Notes: generated by a model from the letters alone, not told the origin. Numbered from the whole stretch's first letter, positions 1 to 13,486 are shown. The stretch: DNA of 61,199 nt, filler included, from Sluysia triapertura (GCA_046118255.1; 5 parts of 5 records of this genome joined end to end with filler, not necessarily neighbours in it), one strand, 5' to 3'. Made by a program: numbers and translations.

Positions 1-58
1 GTGGTAGAGCATTCGCACTGCGCATCGAAGGTCCCGGGTTCGATCCCCGGTCAGTCCA
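1..58 (+). tRNA. 5'-truncated tRNA-like sequence (degenerate tRNA or tRNA-derived SINE head)
   Basis: D-loop remnant GTGGTAGAGC, perfect T-arm CCGGG-TTCGATC-CCCGG (B box), 3' acceptor strand TCAGTCC-A, then a TTTT Pol III terminator. The anticodon arm is irregular (TTCG(C)A/TCGAA around loop CTGCGCA), so the isotype cannot be assigned. Confidence 0.6.
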
Positions 59-80
59 TTTTACGAAGTCTAACAATGTA

Positions 81-780
81 TTAATTGAAAAAATTGGTAT
101 GGATGCTTTTGGTGTAGTATGTAAAGTGAAGGATAAATTTAATTCTGAATATTATGTTATTAAAAAGATTCGAAATCCGTTTAAAAATAAAATAACTCTA
201 ATTAGAAGTATACGCGAGATTAAAATTATTAATCATTTCAACCATCCAAACGTTATTAATATTATTGATATATTTCTTAAACAAGCCTCTAATTTAAATG
301 AAACATTTGATGTTTACGTAGTGTTTAATTTAATGGAGTCAGATTTGCATCATATATCATCTACACAAGAACTTTCTGATGATCGTATTCGTTATTTTAT
401 GTATCAAATATTTTGTGGCCTTAATTACATTCATTCGGCTGCAATAATACATAAGGACTTGAAATCTGCTAATATTCTTATAAATAGTGATTGCCTCATA
501 ATGATAGCTGATTTTTGAATGGCAAGGTCACTTGAACAAATAAATTCAGTACGGGTTTCTGATTCAAATTATAATTATGACCATAGCAAAACATGTGGAG
601 TTACAAATTCTTCGTGCTCCCGAACTGTTCATGGATCGAATACAGTACAACAATAAGATAGATTTACGGTCTTGTGGATGCATTCTTGTAGAACAGTACA
701 ACAGAAAGCCATTATTTTGTGGTGCAGATGTAATTCATCAATAACAAGAAATTATTATCAAATTAGGAAATACTAATGAG
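81..780 (+). pseudogene. MAPK7: Intronless ERK5/MAPK7-like MAP kinase pseudogene
   Basis: ORF 99-518 has IGxDAFGVVC, VIKKI, REIKII, LMESDLH and HKDLKSANIL. DFG is broken by TGA (DF*MARSL). After a frameshift it reads LRAPEL...IDLRSCGCILVE...RKPLF...HQ*. MESDLH and DFGMAR are ERK5-type. Confidence 0.8.
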
Positions 781-1037
781 AATTGTGCTATTAGTGACTA
801 GTTTAATGATATTTGTAGAGATTTAATGCTGGAATTGCAAATGATATTTGATTCATAAAGGTAATATGACTCCTAAAGGTTTTAAACTATGCATTCAAAA
901 TACTAATGATTTGTTTACATAATTTATTCTCAGTAAAATGACCTTAGACAACGTTATTTGTATAGTGGGACAAATCAAAGTAATGCGTTCTGATAATATT
1001 TTTAATCACGAAGAAAAAATTTGTGAAATTAATTTAA

Positions 1038-1570
1038 ATGGTTGTTGGCAATCTATTTGAATTACACAATGAATTCCACATTACTTTCGATGATCGGCAC
1101 ATTTTTTGGACATTGACAAGATATTTGAAGTCGACCAATGAAACAAATGAACGCATCTTTTTACGGGAAATGACAGAGAGTCTTAATAAAAGTTCAGTAT
1201 TTAATTCCTTGACATTATTAAAAGATAAAACTAGTTTGGAGACGATAGAAAAGACTAAAGACGAACTTAATGTTAGTAACAATAATGATATAACATCATC
1301 AGATGAATCACAATGCAATTTATGTGAAACTTGTTGGCTATATATAGAGGAATATGCCTATTCAATACTAACCAAGAAGGAAATTGTGTCAAATTGGCAA
1401 CAGCTGTAAATACGCCCATGCAGTCGATGAATTAGCGATTACTAATGCAGACTTCGCACAATACTTCAACCATTTATTTCGAATCGGAAACGTTTTGAGA
1501 ACTCTTGGAATATCAGATCCGAACATGATTAAGCACAATACAAGTATCAATGAACTTAAAGTAATTACAT
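1038..1570 (+). pseudogene. Decayed ORF with C-x9-C-x6-C-x3-H zinc finger (family copy 1)
   Basis: 1355-1419 reads CLFNTNQEGNCVK[1-nt deletion]GNSCKYAH, followed by AVDEL...NHLFRIGNVL...NELKVITF, homologous to the copy at about 44.5 kb. Confidence 0.6.
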
Positions 1571-3783
1571 TTTATTTTTCTTTAGATGGTGAGGCGTATC
1601 AATTAAAAGGCACAATATCCAGGACAGCAATTTTAATATATATGTATGTGTGTGTGTGTGTAATTTTTATTTATTAATTTTCATGTTTAAGTTAAGAAAT
1701 AAATTTCAATTATATGTAGTAAATTCTTGTTATAATCAAAAGTTAAAAATTAATAAAATATTATATATCAAAACATTGATTTACTTGAAGATTGAAATAC
1801 GTAAGAAAGAGATAAAATTATTTTCATCTGGGGTATACTACATTGAATGATTTATTTATTTATTCAATTGAAAATTATTTCACTGAAATAATGAGGACAA
1901 ACGATACATCCGATCATTTAGAATTATTAGACTTATTAAAGAAGAGTACGTACACTAGATACATCAGATTTTGTAATTCAATCTCTTCCTTATTTATCAT
2001 TAACTTTAAGACGATTTGAAAGACGAATTATTATAGCCTTTGGTTGAAAATTTGCAAACTCTAAAACTGCTATTTCAGTTACACTTAAAGGTCAAATTAA
2101 CTCTATCAATGTTTCGAGGAATGCCACTATTAGTACTTTAGAATGGGATTTACAATTAAAATTTCAGTGTAGATAATTCTGCATTTTGATATTTATGAAT
2201 GTGTATTTTGAAATACCCTATAAGGTTACAGTTCAAAAAATGTGTAAATAAGACGTTCACGCTCATTAGAATTATTAATATAGTTTTGAAAATTTAGAAT
2301 ATAGTTTTTTGAACAAAAGGAACAGAAAAAATCTGTAATTTTCGATCGATTTGAGTTAAACAATTTTCTCAAAGCTTGGACAAATCTGCAAAATCAATCG
2401 AGTTATTATTTTTATACTAATTTATTTATAGTGTAATTTATTTATTTATTTATTTTACACACTAATTATTTATACATTGGATCATCTTTGATAATTTTAA
2501 AATCTATTATTCAACTTAATGGAAATCTTTTCTTAAAATCCGTTAGTTTATTTTACGTAAGTTTTACGTACATTTATTTATATAAATACAAATAACGCCA
2601 TATTATTTATATTTTTTCTAACTAATTTAATCATATTAAACAAAAAATCATATTTTATTAATATCATTAAGTAATTTTAATCATTGTAAGTCAAGATATT
2701 ATTAAAATATCAAAAGTAAAATACAGGTAAATTAATAATAAAAACTTGGGATCCTATAGACGATCCAAAGCAAACTCATTCTTTAAAATTTTTTGAATTT
2801 ATTTATAAAAAACCAACCAAGGAAAGTTAGTTTTCGGTAAAATTTTTATTCTTTTTATTATTATATAACTAAACAACGATGTACAATTTTAATAATAAAT
2901 TTTTTGAATCATCATTGAGTTTTACTATAGTTTTAAAATCACATAATTTATCGCTTTATTTGCTTTCTAAATACTAGAAGTTAATTCTAGGACGTAAAAT
3001 ATATTTTGTCGATTCCATATAACGGAATCTACGTAACATTGTAATTTATTTTTAAATAATTAAATTTTATACTTAAATTTGACATCACTAGCAAAGTTAG
3101 TGTTAGATGTCAAAACTTTATTAATCAAATCCAACGGTTGGCCCTAAATGGTAAGCCTAGTACGTTGGTGAGCTCACGAAATCTTTGCACTTATTTATTT
3201 TATTCTAATTTCACATATCAATGTTTATTTTCATTTACTTTAAGGAAATTGCAAATTTTTAGATTACAGTTAAACATTTCAGAATTGCTTCAACCAAGAG
3301 TACAAAGTTTTCATGAATTAGTGCATTTTAATAAATTATTGATCTTTATCTATCACTTTGTATATTCCTTAACTTGAAGTATATTAATAATTAACACCAA
3401 TTATTATAGAAAATTATATTGAAATTACTGTGATTGTGTGTAGAATAGAAAATTTTAGCTTACTAAAATTAATTTTTATAGAATGTGTGAGGATAATTTC
3501 ATAATTTAAAATTTTTAGGTATTACATAAGAATAACAAAAATCGAAACATATGAAATGCCAAGAAGTTATATGTAAAACAATTAAAAAATTTATTAATCT
3601 TACTTTGGTATATTATATTTAAATAGATAAGTTATATTTGTATCTTTATTTATAAAATGTTCTATTTTTAATAAAATTGTGATTAAAACTTCCTTTATCG
3701 TGTTCTTTACGTTGTTATTAAATATAATCTCAAAATTTAAAATTTCACTATGAGTTATATTAACCATAAAAACACAAAAAAGA

Positions 3784-4712
3784 CTAAAAACATTTATTAC
3801 CACATTGACGAATTAAAGTTTTGATATATAAACGTCTACTTATGCATGAGTTCTTTAGGCCTAGCCATATTTTACTATCTGAAAAGATTTTAATTAAATC
3901 ATTATCTAAAATTAAATTAAACTTTACTTTATTAGAGTTTACATTATGATTGTTAATTGTAATTTCAGGAACCACCGACTCGATGTTATTATATAGCTCC
4001 ATGATTTGTCTACTATTCATTTCATGTAAATATCCACATTTATCTCCATATTTTAAGCAAACTCCTAAATCATTTGAAGAAAATGGGCAGAAAGCAATGT
4101 CACTGATTTAAGAATTCATTTTTATTCATTCTTGTACTTGTGTTGGTAAGGAAAGAAACCGACTTTATAATATTTGTCATACGCATGTAATTTATGTTCA
4201 TTGTTAATGATATTGAATCGTTGGATCACTTTAAAATTTTTAATTTATTTATTTATATTATCTTGATTACAGTTCATGCTTTTCTGATAGTTAAGAATCC
4301 AACTACTGTAAATTTTATAATATTTATAAAAATTATCAAATTTAATTTCTTTATAAACTTTTAAAATCATATCATTACATGGTAATTTCACAATAAATAT
4401 AGTATTACTTAGAAGAGGTTTTGGACACATACTAATACTGTTTAAGTACTTATTGCCATCAACATGTCAGCTCACTTCGTTGTAACAATCAAAATAACGA
4501 TTAGCATGGTCACTATGTCTCAGGACTAGACATTCATAGTTTCCTGATTTACCTTGTCGTTTGTCGACGACAGCTGTGGTAAACTGTTTATTACATTCGT
4601 AATTAGGATATTTCATATCAGATAATAAAGAGATTATATTTAAAATTGGTAGATTTACAACATGTACCAATACAATGATGACATTAGATTTTACACTGTT
4701 TTGCGACATCAT
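3784..4712 (-). pseudogene. Decayed ORF with C-x9-C-x6-C-x3-H zinc finger (family copy 2)
   Basis: 4089-4024 reads CPFSSNDLGVCLKYGDKCGYLH, in frame with ORF 3784-4020. Upstream broken ORFs include a Cys/His cluster (CKI*CHHCIGTCC). Confidence 0.55.
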
Positions 4713-4952
4713 TTCAAATATACAATGACTGTTTTTACTTCTATCGAGAGGACTCGAATTCTTTCGGTCGGTTGAGGTGAGATTTCATTACTAAAAGAAT
4801 CTTTATCAATCATCAGTTTTGTTTATGTAACTTAAAAAATTTCTGATCACGAATGACCTGAATTGGCAGCACAAAATAATCCAGTAATGAATAGAGTTTT
4901 TATTGATGGAAGTATGCTATTAGATATTATTTTCATGTTAACGGTAAAGTTA

Positions 4953-5775
4953 TGTCAGATTGTCATCACAAGACTACAAAATAATGTAAAGTGTCATAGT
5001 AACATTTTAAAATTATTTAAAACTACTTAAAAATCAATTCAAGTCATAGAAAATGCTTTAAAACTATTTATTAATATTAAAAATCATTTAAAAAATAATT
5101 ATTTTCCAAAAAAAATTTACTTTTCCAAAAAATTAATTTCGCTTCTAAAAATGGAATAGAAGCTTCTAGAATTTTCTAGAACATTCCGTCGCTTTTCTGT
5201 TGCCATTTTGGAAATTCAGTTTGCTTCAATTTGCTGCGATTCGAGGAAATGTGAAATCTTAGTAAACGTTCACAATTTACAGTCATTCAACAATTTGGAA
5301 ATTATCTTCTGGACAACATTAATTCCATTTTTGGTAAATTATATATTTATAGGATTAATTTCAACTTTTGAAGTTGACATTATAAAATACAGGCAAATTT
5401 TATATTATTTTGTAAAATCTTTAAGTTCCCGATATATAGAGGGATAAAATCCACTTAAAATATCTTAGCACTAGATTAAACGCTTTCGGAGCTTTACTCC
5501 CTAAAATAATTATTTTTTGCATTCTTTATCTATTACCATACTCGTTATAATTTTTTATTTTGAATAAGAATTGATATTTTTGAGATAATTAATAAATCAT
5601 TAATGTTATACTCTTGAGCATTTGTAAGACCCTAACCATATAGTATTTGAATTTAGAAAAATTATTAGCTTATATTGTTACAGAAACGTCCTCTTCATGA
5701 CATAAAACGTTTACCGTAACCGGACCCTGCTCAAAACTTATTTTACCTTAGGTTAAGAGTTAGAAAACCATAGCA
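4953..5775 (+). mobile_element. Solo LTR, HSE-LTR family copy A
   Basis: Begins TGTCAGATTGTCATCACA and ends AAAACCATAGCA. Flanks GTTA/CTTA form a near-perfect 4-bp TSD. Colinear with the copies at 30.1, 31.1, 34.3, 35.8 and 40.2 kb. Confidence 0.75.
5158..5187. promoter_or_regulatory. Heat shock element array (6 alternating nGAAn pentamers)
   Basis: aGAAg cTTCt aGAAt tTTCt aGAAc aTTCc. Confidence 0.7.
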
Positions 5776-8700
5776 CTTATTTCGTTAACCTTATGTAACC
5801 ACAAAATTAGATACAAATCTAAAAGTACTTGCTAATACGCAGAGTAACTTATACAAAAAAACATTATTTATTTCAAAATGTAAATTCTGAGAAATCTACT
5901 TATCCTGGAATTTTCAAAAATAGTTAATTCTATAGAAAAATCTTTTAAAATTATTTAAATTGTTAAATAATTTAAAACTTGGAATTCCACAAACGATTCT
6001 AAAGGTTTATTAATATTTTTCTTACTATTTGCTTAACAATTATAAACTTAAACTGGTCCGTCTATAATTTACGGTTTACAACGTGAACTAGACGTATCTA
6101 TAGAATTTGACTAAAAAGAAAATGTTTCCCTACTCTTGAAAATATTGTAAATGGTTCTTTTAACAACTCTTTTTCTCAAACAAGACTTAGTGTATTTCAA
6201 AAAAAATTTTTTTACTGTCTTGTTAAATGATACGTTTTCAAAAATAATTGCTTAGTATATTTCAAAAGTCCTTTTTCACTATCTAAAAATGAAAATTATG
6301 CGTTTTCTAGATTTATAATCGTAGTCGTTTCTGAAAGTCCTTTATGTTAATTCTAATCTATACTGATAAACAAAAACTCAAATAATGTAAGGATTTATTC
6401 AATACAAAGTCGTTAATAAAAGCAAAAATGATTATAATGACACAATTTTCAATTTATAATTTAAAGAAAAAGATTTCTTTAATTATCCTTTAAATAATAT
6501 TTTAGAAATATGTTAATCCAGGCTCAATACTTGGATTATTAAAAATAATTATAGATTTTAAATGAAAGTTTAACGCTAAAGGTATTAGAGCGTTTGGATC
6601 TAACAATTATTAGCTTACTTTAAACAGTAAAATAATTATGATGGATTGGTGCTCGTGGAACGTTTCCGATGTTTAGAGAGAACACTATTGTCGAATAAAA
6701 ATCACAAATCGAATATTCGTCGCGTAATTTAATTTAGCGAATATAACTTTTTGTTAATTGTAACCACTAATTGAATATCCTTTGTACAATTTAATTTAGC
6801 GCATATAGTATCTTTAGTTACTGTACTCCTTTTCTTTTTTGTGTGCTTTTATATGTATATTCCGACGTTAACAATCATCATAAATACATCCAATGAATTT
6901 AATTACCAAGTAAAATTTTAGTTAGTAAATAGATCAATAATAAAATCTTTTTTGATTATCAAATAAAAATGGATGTTTTTATGTTAATAATAAAGTATAT
7001 AATAAAATATTTGTATTAAACAGAAAGATTCAACTATTTATATTATTAAAATAGAATTTAAAAATATTTAATTTGTTTAATATTAAAATAAATTTAATTT
7101 ACCCAAAAAAATACTAATAATACTTTAATAATATATTATTTACAGGTTATTAATTTCGATACAGTAAATAATTATTTGGTAATCTGCTTGAATTATTAAA
7201 AATAAATTATAAATTTAAAATCAAAAACTTTATTGATATAAAGTATTTATTCTATATGACCTTTTAAATGTAACACACACGACAAAAAATATCTTTGGGA
7301 AAATGTTGCTGTTTTGTGTGATGAGTAAAGTGACTTATGCCGAGATATATTAAATGAAGAATCTAAAGTAATATATAGTGTGTAGTTAAGTTAATTGATA
7401 TTTAAGTTAAATGTTGAGTGTATGGTTTAGTGTCGTAAGATTGTATGATAATTGCAGAGTTATCAAGCTTTCACATATAATTGAGTTTAGTTATGGCTTT
7501 TAAAGGTATTATTCTTCAAGATCTTACTTCGATTAACATTAATTTGAAATTTTCCTTATGCATTATTGAACAATAACGTCATAAATGTCATCGTCTAGGT
7601 GTTCTCTAGTACGTTTTACTTTTATCATTTCACTAGTTTTATTTGATAAGAGTTTAACATGGTTATGAATGTAATGCCGGTTCATGTTTCGTCATGAACA
7701 CGGACTTGAATAATTTGGTCACTTATTACGATTTTATATTTTATTCTCAATATTACATAGATTAATTTAATGGAAATGTTAAATTAACTGTAACTTTTTC
7801 CACTGAAATGTATAACGTTAAATTGTAAATTGATTGTGATACAATTATAATTGTCGAAATAGAATGCGTAATTAACTTTGTGGTCAGGATTCGTTGAATA
7901 ACATTTCATAAACGTTTGTGTTTGCATCAGAGTTACCTTGTGTTTACTTTAACATTTAGATCTTCATAATTTACGTTGGCTTTACTATATTAATCCTTAC
8001 AATTAACATTTGCTTTAACTTTTAAATCATAATTAACGTTAGTTTTAACATTTACATCATCATAATTTACGTTTATTAACATTTCAATATCAAAGAAATT
8101 TCTTTTGTTTGGATCTTTTGATTTTTGATTTAATATTGTCAGCCATATTTAATATTTTAATTAATTTTTTGACATACACACATTTGCACCACTAAAATTT
8201 TTCTACACATCTATCCATTAAAATGTGATCTGGCACTGAAGTAACCCATTCATTTATAATTGGATTAGTATTAAATTAATGAAGCTGTAAAGCTCGGATT
8301 TTATGGTNNNNNNNNNNNNNNNNNNNNNNNNNNNNNNNNNNNNNNNNNNNNNNNNNNNNNNNNNNNNNNNNNNNNNNNNNNNNNNNNNNNNNNNNNNNNN
8401 NNNNNNNNNNNNNNNNNNNNNNNNNNNNNNNNNNNNNNNNNNNNNNNNNNNNNNNNNNNNNNNNNNNNNNNNNNATTATTAATGTTATTATATTGATTAA
8501 TACTTTCTTCATCGGTATTCTAAATTACTATTCCAAAAATAAATGTTGGCTTATATTCATTTGTAAGAGATATAATGTTGATTTAGATTGAAATTGAATT
8601 TCTTTATTAACAATAAATTTAAAGTTATAAAGATTCTTAATAAAATTAAAAATATCACCATTACACAAATCTTCATAAAGTATTTTTCAAACATTTGCCA

Positions 8701-9388
8701 CTTTTCAATATAAGCTCGATCACATATGCAGAACTAAGCATATCTTCTACTAAGAAAATAATAATCTAAATCTATTATTTGAGTTTTGTGTCGGCATGGA
8801 GAAATAATACAAATTTCAAATTGATCATCGAGATACGCTTTTGTTTTCTTTATTATTAATTGTTTAATCTCAGATGACTTGTGATGGGTATGTTTTGAAA
8901 TGAAATATAGATTCTTTATAATTACAATGAATTGACTTTTCATGTTTAAAATTCATTTTTAATAATATATAATTTAATAGCGTGAATTAAATTTTTCATT
9001 AAGCACTGCTTTAACTCTGTCTTTATAACATAGTTACCTAAATCGTGCTATTTGTGAGATAATTTTCGTCACTGACTATTTTTATCTAGTAAATGTCGAG
9101 CCAACTCTCTCTAATCAAAATCAGCGTAATATTATTAGTTGGCCAAACATAATGAACAATTTGGCATCAATATATGTGTGAGGATTTTATTTTTACTGGT
9201 TGGTCAATAGAATTTACTATTATTTTCCAAAATTACGATTGATAGTGACTGTCAGTAATGAAAGTTAATAATCCATGCTAATTGAAAAACTCCCATTATT
9301 GACAGTACGCAAAGTGGTAGAAACCACAAAGCATGACTTGATGACTAAAATAATGATAGTGATGGACAATATTATTGAACATTTGTGG

Positions 9389-9401
9389 TAATAATAATAA
9401 T

Positions 9402-9459
<58 letters not shown>
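9389..9459. repeat. (AAT)n microsatellite
   Basis: Direct reading. Similar tracts at about 13646-13715, 14605-14676, 48978-49048 and 52238-52272. Confidence 0.95.
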
Positions 9460-9460
<1 letters not shown>

Positions 9461-9667
9461 AAATGATAAAATAGTAAAATGGAAATAAATAAAAATAAAA
9501 TTAATAAAAATAAGAAGAAAATTAATAAGAAAGTAAAAATAATAATAAAATAACACATAAATCTTACAAATCTTTTAATTCTTTTCTTTCTTTAAAAGCT
9601 TACTTTTTCTAATTATCTTTGATTTTAATTATCTTTTAAGGAACATTAATAAAAGAAAAATAACAAC

Positions 9668-10900
9668 TGTAGTGGCCAACACTTATAAGTCAAATTTTTT
9701 TTTAAACTTAATAACACCCAAATCACAATCATACTCAATATTATTAAATCACAACAACTTACTCACAAAAAACAATATTTAAATCCATCTCACTTCACAC
9801 TGTCGAAATACATTAACTGTATCATCACAAACAACATTCGACATTTATAATATTTAAACAACACGTATATATCAACAATTCGTCCAACACCCTCAATCAA
9901 TCACTTCACATCATACTTTGATAATTAATTCCGAATAATTTATAACGCTCACTCAAAAGTTATTCTATCAAACAAACCACAACCATAATACATAATACAC
10001 AAACCATAAATACATTAACACCATTTAAAAACGTTAACAAGTACCTCAGACATATAAAACATTTACGTTAAAACCTTGAATCAACTACACCAAACCAAAA
10101 CCACTTCATCTACAAATATTCATCATCAACACTTATTTTTAACAACATCACAAATACGCCAAGATTTATTTTGTAATTGTCTTTTAAATTTAATAAACTT
10201 TTAACCTTTTAATAAACCTTTCAAACCATTATATTCAATGTATAAATCTTGTTTTCAATTATAAATCTTCAATAAATCTCAACAAATTATTCTAACATTC
10301 TTCGCTTCAAACACAACTCAAATCATTTCTTTTATCTTCATAAGTAAACATAATAAAGCCTTCAAAAATTCATTATAGTACTATTAAACAGCAACGACAA
10401 CTGAAGTTTTGCATATCACATTACCGTCGCTACTTAAATTAACAACTGTTTTTACTCTTCTTTTTACTTCACGTATGTAAGAAATATGAAATATTGAAAG
10501 AACAGGTCGCGTAATTTCTTTAAAGATAAGATTTATGCATTTTATTTCTAATAACAATGGTAATAATTACAATGTTATTATCGTTATTATTATTACTATT
10601 CTTATTAATTTATCAAACACGAAATTTTTCATTAATGTCGATCAACCTGGTTGCAGCCATCACCAGTGTTGACACTCTATGTTACATTTCTCATTAGAGT
10701 GCCAGCGCTGATGATGGTCAGTTATCAGGCATACTTCATATTAATTTTACTCACCTCATCCAATCGAGACCTAATTTTCCTTATATCATTTTTAAAGGCC
10801 TCGATTGGATAACCAATAATAACGGACTTATAAATAGAAGTTTTCGATACTAAAAATAAAGTTAGAAAATTAACAAATTATTAGTAGTTAAAAGGAACTG
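9668..10900 (+). mobile_element. LTR-like repeat starting TGTAGTGGCCAAC with G-poor (A/C/T-rich) strand
   Basis: Same terminus at 12772(-), 15731(+), 39273(-), 46400(-), with a variant at 43955(-). Strong AC/GT strand skew. The 3' boundary is approximate. Confidence 0.55.
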
Positions 10901-10926
10901 AATCAAAAAAATAGCGATACAATATT

Positions 10927-12394
10927 TTGAAAAAATTAAGACTTCACTCTATTCATATGCATCAACAGCACCACAGATTTTTGGTTTGGAAACATAAACA
11001 AAATGCCATGTGGTATCACTCGTTGACTACGTTCATATCTATTATTGATATACAATCGTCGAAAATTAAACGTGATGCACCATTATATAATCAATCCCAG
11101 CAAAGAATGGATCTTCTTTTTAGTATTATGGTATAACATTTATATGATGTAAAGTTGTTCGGATACATGATGAATATGAACTACTTGATTAATGAGTATT
11201 TGTCACTATATATGAAACCGTCTTTAAACCTCGATCTGGCGTTTAATAACAATAAATTCCACCAATTTATGTAATAGACATTCATTTTTCTTAGTGAATT
11301 ATCATACATTTTCTCTCGAGCTCGACAAAATTCTACATGATATCAATCGATACCTAAACAAATATCTCGATCGCCCATCAATTTGTCTCTCGACGTTTAC
11401 TGGTGAGAATAAATATTTCCTTGAGATGCGTAGTATTATCTTATGTCATACAAAAGATGAAAGTATGCAAAACGAATTCATATGTCAGCCATAACTATTC
11501 GATGTTTATAACATTCTCAATTCTAAAATTACCACCAAGAAAATTTTAGCAATAACCAATCCATATGAAGCAGATGTCATCACTACGAAAGAAAATAATC
11601 CTGTAATTAATAAATTGTATATGTTAGATTCATTCTATATAAAGGACTCAATGCTATCTCTCGCAATGTGCCTTTAAGAGAAAATTGCCGAGAACCAGGA
11701 ATATCATGATATCCATTTTATTATTATATATAATTTTATCAATATTGTAGATTTCAAGTACAAACTGGATTCTTATGGATTGCAATGGAATGTGACTAAA
11801 TATATAAATCAGAATTGGAGAATCTTTATAGGTTCAATGTCAGGATTTGAAATATTAATGATGTTTAGTAAAATTATTTTGTATCAATGTCATTTTTCCG
11901 ATTTTTATTCTAATAAATGTTGTATTAGTTTTATTAAGTTTCATATTAAAGCAAAATTCATTAGTGAAAATATTAAATCTGAAAGAAATGATCTACCAAG
12001 AGTGACAATGAGAAACTTTAAGCATAAGAAAAATAAACTCTATTTATTAATTGATCAAATATCACAAGAATACTTTTGTTTACTTTTGATAACAACCACA
12101 AATAGCTTTAGTATTTTCCGAAATTTCCCTCTTCACTTCTACGTAAATACCGATAATTTAAGTGATTTAGAAAATATCAGATCATTAAATAATATGTTAG
12201 TTAAGAATAAATTATGTGAAATATTTAAATTACAAGGATGCTTTAAATTCTTCATTACTAGATTAACGAAACCCCTGATTTACATACGACAAAAAGCTAT
12301 TTGTATAGATGACGCAATAAAAATAAAAACTATATTCCTTTATAATAACTATTTCTTTAACCGTTCTAACAATCATAACACCATAACAACGTAG
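10927..12394 (+). pseudogene. Decayed long orphan ORF
   Basis: ORFs 11294-11494 and 11780-12394 are in one frame separated by only two TAA stops. The upstream ORF 10927-11136 is one frameshift away. No family recognised. Confidence 0.35.
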
Positions 12395-12399
12395 TTTAA

Positions 12400-12772
12400 G
12401 ATGTTAAAAAATTAATGAGGAATGTCTCAATAAGATAAAAACGTAATTAAAGATGTTAAAGAAATTCCGTTTTGATTGTAATGAAGTTTTACCAAACTTT
12501 TAAAATGTAAGTTTAATGTTTTTCAATGATATTAATTGTTGAATGTTGAACACTGTGAGCTTGAAATGTTTTGAATAAACTTTTGAAGTATACATTCAAT
12601 GATTTTAGATGTTGAGTAAAATTTTAATGTTATACAATTATGAATTTAAATGTTTTAAAATGTAAAGGAATTTTAAAAAACCTGAAAAAGTGAAATGTGA
12701 AATATTGAGAAATGTGTTACTAAATGTCTGTAATAATGATTTAAATTTTGAATGAAAATGTTGGCCACCAAA
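12400..12772 (-). mobile_element. TGTRGTGGCCAAC-family terminus fragment
   Basis: Minus strand starts TTTGGTGGCCAAC followed by G-poor sequence similar to the 15731 copy. Confidence 0.5.
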
Positions 12773-12829
12773 ATAGTTGAATGTTTTTCAAAATTATGCG
12801 AAGTTGTCATATTCAACGATCCCAAATAT

Positions 12830-13300
12830 CCCGAATATGAACATCGTCATATTGCCATACTAAATGATCATATTAAAGTGTACCGAAGTACAATGTTCTA
12901 AACTTCTTTGAATTATTCGACAAGCGTACTGTTTAGTAGAGTGAATAATTATATCTGTAGATAGATCAATTATAAAATTTAGATGTTCAGTTTATACACA
13001 TTTGACACAATTTTGAACAACACGATTTCCGTTTTGATCTTTTGCCCAATTGATAACATAATTTATTAGGAATATTAATTTGTATTGCCCTAGAAAAAAA
13101 GCTGTCTCCATAAATTTGAAATATTATTGCCTAATGTTTGTATTTGTTCCGGTGTATCCAAATTAAAAAACCATTGAATGATATATTTACCAAATTACAA
13201 CAAAGCAGTATAATCTCTCGAATTAGTACTTATACTTCTGACTTATACTCGCGTCTTGAAGTTTCTGCTGAATAAATCTTGTGTAGTGTGCTGCCTACCT
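12830..13300 (-). pseudogene. PUM: Intronless Pumilio (PUF repeat) pseudogene fragment
   Basis: Minus-strand translation gives RFIQQKLQDAS, FGKYIIQWFF..DTPEQ, KDQNGNRVVQNCVKCV*TEHLNFIID and STKQYACRIIQRSLEHC. These match PUF repeats (SRFIQ, GNYVIQKFF, KDQNGNHVVQKC, YGCRVIQRILEHC) with stops, frameshifts and deletions. Confidence 0.8.
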
Positions 13301-13486
13301 CAATTCTTACATACATAACTTAAATATCCATTTTACCTCATATTAACACATTAAATCAAATAAATGATAATCACTTAATAAAGTATACTAATCAGTCTCA
13401 CTCAATTAGTCAATATCGTCCCATACAAATATATTATTTTAGTATAATTTTTATACTTCTTTCTTTTGGTTACATTTCTTTTTAGT

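Noticed and set aside
516-518. TGA recoding or alternative genetic code in the kinase DF* site
   Set aside because: A simple GGA>TGA mutation. The same relic has frameshifts, a TAA stop and HRD>HKD loss, and the GPCR reads normally in the standard code.
8276-8512. ORFs spanning N runs (also 27793-27987)
   Set aside because: Open only because of assembly gaps.
9296-9556. Poly-Leu ORF (and poly-Ile ORF 13531-13740)
   Set aside because: Artefact of translating (AAT)n microsatellites.
9668-12772. Single TIR transposon bounded by inverted TGTRGTGGCCAAC ends
   Set aside because: No TSD (CAAC vs ATAG) and the arms diverge right after the terminus. More likely two independent insertions.
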